From Beijerinckiaceae bacterium (GTDB lineage: Bacteria; Pseudomonadota; Alphaproteobacteria; Rhizobiales; Beijerinckiaceae), in assembly GCA_024304885.1 (NCBI GenBank), contig JALJOM010000003.1:382110-406109 (forward strand): a stretch of 24,000 nucleotides of DNA, read 5' to 3'. The position numbers and the translations under genes were made by a program. The notes under the pieces are model-generated. The model did not search any database. It was not told the origin of the DNA and was given only the letters and a program-made list of their open reading frames with translations. Below are positions 1 to 7,697 of the stretch, one piece after another; position 1 is the first letter of the stretch, and each line of letters opens with the position of its first letter.

Positions 1-392
1 GCGGTCAGGCCCATGGTAATGCCATTGGAGAGCGAGACCGCCGAGATCATGATCGGGGCGAGGTAGAGCATCGAGAACGGATTCTCGATCCCGCCGGTGA
101 GATAGAGGAGCGCGGTGAGCTGCAAGATGTCGAAGCCGAGCATCATGGATGCCGGCCCGTCCTCCAGCCGGTCGATGCGCCGGAAGCGAATGCGCAAGCC
201 GATGTTCAGGGCGGCGGAAGCCGCGATCACGACGAGGCTCGGGGCAAGGGGAACCGAGAATCGCAGCACGAAATGGGTCACGATCAAGGCGATCGACTGC
301 CCGAGCAACGCGATCCAGCGCAGCTTGACGAGCGTGTCCACCCGCAAGCGGCGCGACCTTCGGCCGAGATCGAGGTTCAGGAAATCAGCCAT
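1..392 (-). CDS. regB: Sensor histidine kinase, ActS/PrrB/RegB family, N-terminal membrane portion (3' end runs off the window)
   Basis: Absent from the ORF track because it is open at the window edge. My translation from the ATG (rc of 390-392) is MADFLNLDLGRRSRRLRVDTLVKLRWIALLGQSIALIVTHFVLRFSVPLAP...FDILQLTALLYLTGGIENPFSMLYLAPIMISAVSLS. The multi-TM pattern and the LTGGxxNPF...L.P..ISA motif match what I remember of RegB/PrrB/ActS N-termini. Confidence 0.6.
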   Translation of the reverse strand, partial: MADFLNLDLGRRSRRLRVDTLVKLRWIALLGQSIALIVTHFVLRFSVPLAPSLVVIAASAALNIGLRIRFRRIDRLEDGPASMMLGFDILQLTALLYLTGGIENPFSMLYLAPIMISAVSLSNGITMGLT

Positions 393-582
393 AGGAGCAT
401 TTTCCTGCGAGGCGGGTACCGGTTCGCGGATTGCGGGCGAGGCTTCCCCGCCCTCTTGGGCTTCGTAGCGGTCGTTCCCCAGGTAGGGAAGGACCGGTCC
501 TCGCGGTGGCGGGGAACGCCCGCGCGACAGCGGCGTCGATGCAACGGCGCGAGATCGCAGGGAGCTGGACCCGCTGTCCGGC

Positions 583-690
583 CTCGAGTGCATTTTCCAG
601 TGAACCGGACCCCGGTTCACGTCCGGAAAATGCGACAAAACAAGGGGGTAGAGCTGCTTTCCGAGTCCGTCGGATCAAAAAGCACTCGAG
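583..690. repeat. Palindromic intergenic element, copy A (ctcgagtgc...gcactcgag ends)
   Basis: The termini are inverted (ctcgagtgc / gcactcgag). There is a perfect 9-bp hairpin gtgaaccgg-acc-ccggttcac at 600-620. The element is collinear with 8444-8581 (ttccagYgaaScggacMccggttcRc ... gcgaMaaaacaag..gtagagc..tttccga.tc..ggatc). Confidence 0.55.
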
Positions 691-1303
691 CGCCATGGAA
701 TGCGCCGGGAGGCCGTGCGCCCTGCAGGCGTAGGCCGCAGCGGGGCCGGTTCGGCCGAGGACGTGACGACGACAGGGGAAAATGAAGCCGGGTCCAAAGT
801 TTTTCTCGTCCGGCTGCTGCGACAGGTCTATCATCCGGAGACGATCCGCCTGCAGGAGCCACCGCGGTAATAGTTTCCAGGCGATGCATGGTATTCGGCT
901 CGCGTCGTATAGACTTGTGACCGAACAGCCGAGCAGGTTGTTCGGGTCCATGTGCCCATCTCGCACGATCCCGCCGAGCTCGGCGAGCTTCTTCGTTCCG
1001 GGACGACAACGGCCTCGGGCGTCGACCTGCGCGATGCTTCGAAACGGCGCCACCGCTTGCATCAATGTGACTCCGTTACCATATGGGCCATTGATTCGAG
1101 CTTCGAATTGTATCAGGGTCGGGGAAGTAGCCTCGACCTCGGCGAGGAGACCGCTTCACGAGTGGTGCGGTCGGCTTGCCGCGAGAAAGGCGGGGTAGGC
1201 TTCGTGGTCGTCCCGGATCCATGTCCCGAGGTTCGGCCGGTGCCGCCTCGACGCCGACGACCACACGAAGCTCGGTGCGTGAACCGAGCTCGGAGGCTTG
1301 TTG

Positions 1304-2614
1304 ATGGCTCCGTTTACCTATGAGATGCACGAGATCGCCTATCTCGCCATTGCCCCGGCGCGGGCCCTCTCCGATGTCGCGCGGCATTGGTTCCTGAGCG
1401 CCGGGAACCCCTTGTCCTATACCCATGTCGGGCGCAACCTGATCGCCTCGGTGGAATTGTTCGAGCGCCTGACCCGACGCTACGGCAAGCCCGATTTCGG
1501 CTTCCGCTCGACCGTGGTGGACGGGGTGCGGGTCCCGATCGTCGAGCGTGTCGCCTGGCAGAGCCCGTTCTGCAATCTGGTTCGGTTCGAGCGGCAATTC
1601 GACCGAGCCCCGGCGGAGCCCGAGCAGAAGCTCCTCATCGTCGCCCCGATGTCCGGGCATCATGCGACCTTGCTGCGCGGCACCGTCGAGGCTTTCCTGC
1701 CGTTCTACGACGTCTACATCACGGATTGGGTGGATGCCCGCACGATTCCCGTCTCTGCCGGGAAATTCGACCTCGACGACTACATAGATCACGTCGTCAT
1801 GATCTGCGAGCACCTGGGCGACCAACAAGACGGCGGCGCCTTGCATGCGCTCGGCGTTTGCCAGCCGGCAGTGCCGCTGATCGCCGCCGTCGCTCTCATG
1901 GAGGCGGACAGCAATCCTCGTGTGCCGGCCTCCATGACCTTGATGGGCGGCCCGATCGACACGCGGGAGAGCCCGACCAAGGTCAACCTTCTGGCCCAGG
2001 AGCGCGGCAGCTCCTGGTTCCGCCGGCATTGCATCAGCACGGTTCCCTTCGGCTATCCGGGAGCCGGCCGCGAGGTCTATCCGGGCTTTCTCCAGCTCGC
2101 CGGCTTCATGGCGATGAACATCGATCGCCACGTCACGGCGCATTTCGACCTGTTCAGCCATCTCGTCGAGGGCGACGGCGATTCGGCCGAGAAGCATCGG
2201 GATTTCTACGACGAGTACCTCGCGGTGATGGACCTCACCGCCGAGTTCTACCTCCAGACCGTCGATACCGTCTTCGTCAGGCACGCGCTGCCGAAAGGCG
2301 AGATGATGCATCGCGGTGTCCCGGTGGACCTCGCCGCGATCGAGAACGTCGCGCTCCTGACCGTCGAGGGCGAGAACGACGACATTTCCGGGCTCGGCCA
2401 GACCTATGCCGCCCATGCGCTGTGCCCGAACCTGCCCGATCACCTGAAGCAGCATCACACCCAGGAAAAGGTGGGCCATTACGGCGTGTTCAACGGTTCG
2501 CGGTTCCGCAACCACGTGGTTCCGCGCATTCGTGACTTCCACGCCACGGTCACGAAAGGTCCGGATCTCCATTTCGTCCCCGCAGAGGCCTCGGCTGCCC
2601 TCCTTGCGGAGTAA
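1304..2614 (+). CDS. phaZ: Intracellular poly(3-hydroxyalkanoate) depolymerase (PhaZ)
   Basis: ORF track 1298..2614. The first ATG is at 1304, preceded by GGAGG at 1292-1296. The N-terminus MAPFTYEMHEIAYLAIAPARA..., the roughly 435-aa length and the overall sequence fit the intracellular PHB depolymerase family as I recall it. Confidence 0.85.
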   Translation: MAPFTYEMHEIAYLAIAPARALSDVARHWFLSAGNPLSYTHVGRNLIASVELFERLTRRYGKPDFGFRSTVVDGVRVPIVERVAWQSPFCNLVRFERQFDRAPAEPEQKLLIVAPMSGHHATLLRGTVEAFLPFYDVYITDWVDARTIPVSAGKFDLDDYIDHVVMICEHLGDQQDGGALHALGVCQPAVPLIAAVALMEADSNPRVPASMTLMGGPIDTRESPTKVNLLAQERGSSWFRRHCISTVPFGYPGAGREVYPGFLQLAGFMAMNIDRHVTAHFDLFSHLVEGDGDSAEKHRDFYDEYLAVMDLTAEFYLQTVDTVFVRHALPKGEMMHRGVPVDLAAIENVALLTVEGENDDISGLGQTYAAHALCPNLPDHLKQHHTQEKVGHYGVFNGSRFRNHVVPRIRDFHATVTKGPDLHFVPAEASAALLAE

Positions 2615-2689
2615 GAATGCCGGGAGCCGCCGAGTCCTGGCGGCGTGGAGAGGCTGGCGACTCGCTCGCGACTTCGCTACGCTCGCGCC

Positions 2690-3550
2690 ATGTTGCGCAG
2701 GGTCAATCCCGGTCTCCCTCGGGGCGGGGAGGTCGCCTTCTTCGAGGTCTCGCATAGCGGGGAGACCTTCAAGGTCAACCTGAGGCGGACCAATGCGGCC
2801 CGTCGGTTCACCTTGCGCGTGCGGGCGCCGTCCGGCGACGTCGTGCTCACCATGCCCGCGCGGGCGAGCCTCTGCGACGCGAGATCCTTCGCCGAGCGAC
2901 ACGCCGCCTGGATCGGCATGAGGCTTCGGCGCCTGCCCCGTCGCGCGAGCTTCGAGCCGGGCGAGCTGGTACCTCTGCGCGGGGTCTTGCATCGGGTGAC
3001 CTCGCGTCGCGCGCTCCGCGGATCCGTCTGGACCGAGGCACCCTGCGCGACCGAGACCGGTGAACCTCTGCCGCTGCTCTGCGTCAATGCCGAGCCCTGC
3101 TTCGTGGCGCGCCGCGTGCGCGACTTTCTCGTTGCCGAGGCCCGCCGCGACCTCGAAGCCGCGGTCGAGCGCTATGCCCGCGCGCTCGGGGTCCGCCCGC
3201 GCAAGGTCACCTTGCGCGATACTCGAAGCCGCTGGGGATCCTGCTCCTCGGCAGGCGCGCTGAGCTTCTGCTGGCGCCTCGTGATGGCGCCGTCCTTCGT
3301 GCTCGACTATCTCGCCGCGCACGAGGTCGCGCATCTCTTGCACATGAATCATTCGGCGGCGTTCTGGGCCGCGGTCTCCGCCACCTGCCGCGACAGCGCC
3401 CGCGCGGAAGCTTGGCTCCAGGCACACGGCGCGAGCCTGCACCGATTCGCCCTCGAAAGCCGCGGGGAAGACGGGCGGGGGAGCCCGGGTCAGGCGGCGG
3501 GCGTCGGCGCTGCGGAGGCTGCGGCAACCTCGTCGAGGCGCTTGCGATAG
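2690..3550 (+). CDS. YgjP/DUF45-type (M48-like) zinc metallohydrolase
   Basis: ORF track 2645..3550; the first ATG is at 2690. HEVAHLLHMNHSAAFW is an HExxH motif in the C-terminal position typical of this family. The start is uncertain (GTG 2645 or ATG 2690). Confidence 0.78.
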   Translation: MLRRVNPGLPRGGEVAFFEVSHSGETFKVNLRRTNAARRFTLRVRAPSGDVVLTMPARASLCDARSFAERHAAWIGMRLRRLPRRASFEPGELVPLRGVLHRVTSRRALRGSVWTEAPCATETGEPLPLLCVNAEPCFVARRVRDFLVAEARRDLEAAVERYARALGVRPRKVTLRDTRSRWGSCSSAGALSFCWRLVMAPSFVLDYLAAHEVAHLLHMNHSAAFWAAVSATCRDSARAEAWLQAHGASLHRFALESRGEDGRGSPGQAAGVGAAEAAATSSRRLR

Positions 3551-3972
3551 AGTGCGGCGAAGTCGATCGGATCGATGTAGAGCGGCGGAAAGCCGCCGCC
3601 GCGAACCGCATCCGCGATGATCTGGCGGGCGAAAGGAAACAGAAGCCTCGGGCATTCGATCATGACGATCGGATGCATGTCGTCGGGCCGGATGTTGATC
3701 AGCCGGAACAGGCCGGCGTAGTCGAGCTCGAACTTGAACAGGAGGTCCTGGTCCGCTCCAGCCGAGCCTTCGAGCAGGATATCGACCTCGAAGTCCGACT
3801 CGGCCACCTGTCGCGCGTTGACATTGACCTGGATCGCGATATTCGGCGCCTTCTCTTGCGGCCCGAGCGAGCGCGGCGCATTGGGATTCTCGAAGGAGAA
3901 ATCCTTCGTGTACTGCACCATCGCATTGATCGCGGGCGCGCCGTCGCCCAGGGCTCCGTTTCCGTCTGTCAT
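3490..3972 (-). CDS. secB: Protein-export chaperone SecB
   Basis: ORF track 3490..4164 with an internal ATG at 3972 (rc of cat 3970-3972). MTDGNG...AINAMVQYTKDFSFENPNAP...MIECPRLLFPFARQIIADAVRGGGFPPLYIDPIDFAALY is an unmistakable SecB sequence of about 160 aa. Confidence 0.9.
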   Translation of the reverse strand: MTDGNGALGDGAPAINAMVQYTKDFSFENPNAPRSLGPQEKAPNIAIQVNVNARQVAESDFEVDILLEGSAGADQDLLFKFELDYAGLFRLINIRPDDMHPIVMIECPRLLFPFARQIIADAVRGGGFPPLYIDPIDFAALYRKRLDEVAAASAAPTPAA

Positions 3973-4193
3973 CTCGTGTCTCCTGCGGCTGCGGGTAGCA
4001 TGGAAGCAGAGCGAGGACAAGCCGACCTCCCGAAAGGCTCGCGCCTCGCCCTCGCGACCCGTTCGGGGGCTACGGAACCCGCGCGCCGGTGCTATATGAA
4101 TAGTTCGACGCACCTTTCGGTGGCCACCGCGTCGCGCGAGGGATACAGCGTGCCGCGGCGTCACGACGACGCGCGAAAGGAGCCCTGCGAAGA

Positions 4194-4823
4194 ATGGATC
4201 ACGTCGAGCCGCGCCTCTATCTGATCACGCCCCTCGTTTCCGACGCCGCCGCGTTCCGGCCCGTGCTCGAGGCCGCGCTCGGCGCCGGCGACGTGGCCTG
4301 TGTCCTCGTCCGCACGGCGACCATGGACGCGCCGGCTCGGCGACAGGCCGTCGGGCTCCTGGCCGGGGTGACGCAGGGACAGGGGGCCGCCTGCCTCGTC
4401 GAGAACGATGCCGCGCTCGCGCTCGCCGCGGGCGCGGACGGGGTTCACCTCGAGGCCACCGACGCGGTGCTCGCGCCGGCTCTCGACTCCTTGCAGCCCG
4501 GGCATATCGTCGGGGCAGGGGGGCTCACGACTCGCGATGCGGCCATGACCGCGGGGGAGGCGGGCGTCGACTACCTCATGTTCGGGGGGCCTGCGTCGAC
4601 CGAGCCTCATGCGGCCGTCGTCGAGCGGGTCGCCTGGTGGGCCGAGATTTTCAATGTTCCCTGCGTCGGCTACGCCGCGACCCTCGCCGGCATTGCCGAC
4701 CTCGTGCGTGCGGGAGCCGATTTCGTCGCCCTCTGCGATGCCGTCTTCGCCGATCCGCGCGGGGCCGCCGCAGCTTTGCGCGAGGCCTCGGCGATCCTGT
4801 CCGACCTGCACACTGCGGCGTGA
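4194..4823 (+). CDS. Thiamine-phosphate synthase-like (TMP-TENI family) protein
   Basis: ORF track 4194..4823. It shows the PRLYLITP...GADGVHL...GAD.V pattern of ThiE-like TIM barrels. It is divergent from secB and followed 6 nt later by the Sel1 gene. Confidence 0.65.
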   Translation: MDHVEPRLYLITPLVSDAAAFRPVLEAALGAGDVACVLVRTATMDAPARRQAVGLLAGVTQGQGAACLVENDAALALAAGADGVHLEATDAVLAPALDSLQPGHIVGAGGLTTRDAAMTAGEAGVDYLMFGGPASTEPHAAVVERVAWWAEIFNVPCVGYAATLAGIADLVRAGADFVALCDAVFADPRGAAAALREASAILSDLHTAA

Positions 4824-4828
4824 CGCCG

Positions 4829-5806
4829 ATGCGGGCCGCGCTGCGCCGGATTCTCGCTGCCGCGCTCGGCGCCGCGCTCGGCTTGCCGGCGGGCGCGCAG
4901 CCTCTCCCGCCGGCCCGCCCCGCCGCCGGCCCGCCGCCCGTCACGGCGTCCCCCTCGCCTCGCGGCGACGAGGGGCGCGATCTGGCCTTCGGCGCCTTCC
5001 AGCGCGGCTATTACTCGACGGCCTTGCTCGAGGCCATGAAGCGGATCGAGGCCGACCCCTCCGACGCCGCGGCGATGACCCTCGTCGGTGAGCTCTATGC
5101 GCAAGGGCTCTCCGTCCGGCGTGACCCTGCGGAAGCCGCGCGATGGTACCGCCTCGCGGCCGACCGCGGCGATCGGCAGGCGACCTTCGTGCTCGCGGTC
5201 GCCTTGCTGAAAGGGGACGGCATCCCGAAGGACAAGGCCGCCGCGGCTGCACTCTTCGAGAAGGCCGCCGCGCAGGGCCATCCAGGCGCGCTCTACAATC
5301 TCGGGGTCCTCGCGCTCGAAGGCAACGGCGTCGTCCCCGACTATCCCAAGGCTGCGACCTTGTTCCGGCGAGCCGCCGATCAGGGCGACGCCGATGCCGC
5401 CTATGCGCTCGGCATCCTCTATCGCAACGGCAACGGGGTCGAGAAGAGCGAAGCGCGCGCCGCCGAATGGATCGCGCGCGCTGCGGCCGAGCGCAACGTC
5501 GCGGCCGAGGTCGAATATGCCATCATGCTCTTCAACGGCATCGGCATCGAGAAGGACGAGACGGCGGCCGCGAAACTGTTCCTGAAGGCGGCGGCGAAGG
5601 ACAATCCCGTTGCACAAAATCGGATCGCGCGCCTTTTCGCCTCCGGCCGCGGCGTCGAGAGAAACCCCGTCGAGGCGATGAAATGGCACATTCTCGCGCG
5701 CAGCGCGGGCGTGACCGACAGCTGGCTCGACGGCGAGCTCGCGAAGCTCTCCGCCGAAAATCGCGAAGCGGTCGATGCGGCTGTGCGCAAATATATTGGG
5801 CGCTAG
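4829..5806 (+). CDS. Exported Sel1-repeat (TPR-like) protein
   Basis: ORF track 4637..5806. The ATG at 4829 gives a signal-peptide-like MRAALRRILAAALGAALGLPAGAQP. Repeated units of about 36 aa follow, of the form A..W[YI]..AA..G...A...LG.LY..G.GV..D (Sel1 consensus). Confidence 0.85.
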   Translation: MRAALRRILAAALGAALGLPAGAQPLPPARPAAGPPPVTASPSPRGDEGRDLAFGAFQRGYYSTALLEAMKRIEADPSDAAAMTLVGELYAQGLSVRRDPAEAARWYRLAADRGDRQATFVLAVALLKGDGIPKDKAAAAALFEKAAAQGHPGALYNLGVLALEGNGVVPDYPKAATLFRRAADQGDADAAYALGILYRNGNGVEKSEARAAEWIARAAAERNVAAEVEYAIMLFNGIGIEKDETAAAKLFLKAAAKDNPVAQNRIARLFASGRGVERNPVEAMKWHILARSAGVTDSWLDGELAKLSAENREAVDAAVRKYIGR

Positions 5807-5856
5807 ACGATTAAGCGCAGGATCGGAAGCGGCCTATCACGCTCGATCGTGTGGCG

Positions 5857-5949
5857 TCGTCATTGCGACCGCGAGCCGTAGGCGAGACTGGAAGCAATCC
5901 AGTAGCGTAGACTACGAACTGGATTGCTTCGCTCCGCTCGCAATGACGG
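5857..5949. repeat. Nested imperfect palindrome (REP/RIME-like intergenic element)
   Basis: The outer arms are cgtcattgcga... (5857-) and ...tcgcaatgacg (-5949). The inner arms are gaagcaatccagt (5891-5903) and actggattgcttc (5918-5930), around cgtag-a-ctacg. The cattgcga/gaagcaatccag words are typical of dispersed repeats I remember from Rhizobiales genomes. Confidence 0.6.
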
Positions 5950-5989
5950 AACCTACCGGATTCCTCTCATTGTAGCTTCGTGCGTTCGA

Positions 5990-6791
5990 CTCGAGCCCGT
6001 GCACGGCCTTGCCCGTGACCGCGGCCGCTCCTGCCTTCCCCCGATAGCGTGGCATTAATCTTCTCGAGAAAATCCTTGCGGCCTTCGAACAGACCTTCGA
6101 GTGACGCGAAGGGGAGATTTCTCGGCATCCGTCCCGGCTTCTCGGCTCGCGCTTTCGCGGGCAGATCTACGATCCCGGTCGATTTCAGCGAATTGGCGAG
6201 ATCTATGACGTTCGAGAACGTGAAGCTCTAGAGCGGGATGCGGGCGGGAAACCGCTGTACACTTTTGGAATCGATCCATGACTTTGGATCGAGTCGATCC
6301 AAAGTCATCGTGATCTAGTGGCGATTGATCCTCTTCAGCCGCTCGAGACGGCCCTGCTGTGCCGCTTTGGAGGCGTCCGCCGGTTCGTATCTCGTTCTGC
6401 GCTCGGCACTATTCGAGGCGAGGGCAATGTAGAGCTCCTTCCTGTGATGGAGCGCGAGCCAAGCCTCCCAGTGCGTGTAGGAAATGCCTTTGCCATCGCC
6501 GAGCGGCGGCAAAGTGGTGGCCAGACTCGGATCCTTGGCCAGAAGTGCGCGTGCATCCCGTTGGACGGGTGCCGCTCCGGCCATGTCGCCGACGAAATGA
6601 ACGGCGCCGTTACAATGGCTTATGTAGCTATCGAGCTCGTCGAGGATTCTACGTCCGAGGTCCTTCGAATCCTCCTGGATTTTGACCTCGACATTATACC
6701 GCGTGAGGTCGTGACGGAGAGCTTCGTGTTAGGAGCCGAATTCGGCGGACACCGCCGACACGGAGATCCGAACTGTTTTCGGCTCCGGCAT
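5990..6791 (-). pseudogene. Decayed TIR-like (DUF4062-type) / STAND NTPase gene remnant
   Basis: My translation from the ATG (rc 6789-6791) is MPEPKTVRISVSAVSAEFGS*HEALRHDLTRYNVEVKIQEDSKDLGRRILDELDSYISHCNGAVHFVGDMAGAAP...ISYTHWEAWLALHHRKELYIA...RLERLKRINRH*. There is an in-frame TAA at 6729-6731. After a 90-nt element (6228-6317) the same frame continues SFTFSNVIDLANSLKSTGIVDLPAKARAEKPGRMPRNLPFASLEGLFEGRKDFLEKINATLSGEG. A +1 shift then gives AGAAAVTGKAVHGLE, which looks like the approach to a P-loop, and the similarity stops at about 5990. Confidence 0.5.
6228..6318. repeat. Palindromic CTAG-bounded element, copy D, inserted in the STAND remnant
   Basis: The sequence runs ctagagc...gatctag. 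It contains a perfect 15-bp palindrome atgactttggatcga-g-tcgatccaaagtcat at 6278-6308. It shares gaagctctagagc with the ubiE-proximal end of copy B (8438-8450). Confidence 0.55.
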
Positions 6792-6960
6792 GAGCGGCCC
6801 AAAAAATCAAAAGCGCGGTTCGTCCGGCCTGTGCAACTCGCCTGAGTAGGATGAAGGTCGGGATCCAACCTCGGTCGCTCTGTTCCAAATGCAAGCGCGC
6901 CGCGAACCCGCGAAGTGGTCCGCTTCGCTGGAAATGGTCTCGACGTAATTTTCGAATAAT

Positions 6961-6987
6961 GGCGCGCGCTCCAGAGAAGAGCGCGCC
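6961..6987 (-). terminator. Putative intrinsic terminator of the 59-aa gene
   Basis: The minus strand reads ggcgcgctc-ttctctg-gagcgcgc(gc)c followed by attattcgaaaatt. It begins 16 nt after the stop codon at 7003-7005. Confidence 0.4.
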
Positions 6988-7002
6988 AAGACGAGGCAAG
7001 CT

Positions 7003-7182
7003 CTAGCGAAGCAGGTTCGGATCCTCGCGGACCAATTCGTAGGTCGGCCCGGTCTCACATTGATTGCAGGGCGGGAACTTGTGCCCCTTGACCATTTTCA
7101 CTTCATGCGGCTGCTTGTGTTCTTTATCATGGATGGCCTTCCAAATTCCCGTTGTCGGACAAGATTCGCCCTTTTTCGGCAT
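7003..7182 (-). CDS. Small (59 aa) Cys/His-containing hypothetical protein
   Basis: It falls below the 60-aa cutoff of the ORF track. My translation is MPKKGESCPTTGIWKAIHDKEHKQPHEVKMVKGHKFPPCNQCETGPTYELVREDPNLLR*. GGAGAG sits 5 nt upstream of the ATG, third codon positions are G/C-rich, and a hairpin follows downstream. Confidence 0.55.
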   Translation of the reverse strand: MPKKGESCPTTGIWKAIHDKEHKQPHEVKMVKGHKFPPCNQCETGPTYELVREDPNLLR

Positions 7183-7697
7183 CGTTGCTCTCCTCGATCG
7201 AAAAGGTTGCTGTCGTCTTCGTATCGTCGTCTGTCATGGCTCGTGGCGGGCCGCCTCGAGACCCTGCAGGACGCGTTCGGCTTGTCGCTATCCTGCCGAA
7301 GCCGAGGGGATCGGCGCAGGCCGCGACGAAACGAGCGAAGCTCGGACCGCGCCTCTCGCGGTCGATCCGGTCACGTCCGGTCCCGCACTGAAGCACGCCG
7401 AGCCTCGTGTAGCGACGAATATGGCGCGACCGCGGCGGGATCAAGACAGTAATACGTCGCAGCGACGGACAAGGCGGGCGCCGCGCCCCCACCGGCTCCT
7501 GCGGCGCCATATAGGTATTGCCAAATCCGGAGGGCCCCGCCAAACCAGGGCCCCGACCCGCGCCGCCCTGGTATCCGCCGCCTTTGAAACCCGAGTCGGA
7601 AACCGAGCCGGCTTCAAACGCGAAGAAGCGGATACGCCGAAAACAACCGAAGTACCGGAAATCGTCGATTCCCGGTACGAGCATCCCCCGGAGAGTC

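Noticed and set aside
385-1065. 226-aa minus ORF upstream of regB
   Set aside because: It overlaps the regB start and reads straight through repeat copy A (..FVAFSGREPGSGSLENAL.. is element-encoded). Only its upstream part is kept as a possible relic (see findings).
1076-3655. 859-aa minus-strand ORF spanning phaZ and the YgjP-like gene
   Set aside because: It is antisense to two genes with clear family signatures. Its product is R/A/G/P-rich with no motifs, which is a typical long shadow ORF in high-GC DNA.
4637-4828. 64-codon N-terminal extension of the Sel1-repeat ORF
   Set aside because: It overlaps the ThiE-like gene in another frame and is R-rich. The ATG at 4829 yields a proper signal peptide.
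5775-5975. 66-aa ORF (..VVIATASRRRDWKQSSSVDYELDCFAPLAMTE..)
   Set aside because: It is encoded entirely by the nested palindromic repeat. Such pseudo-peptides are a known by-product of these elements.
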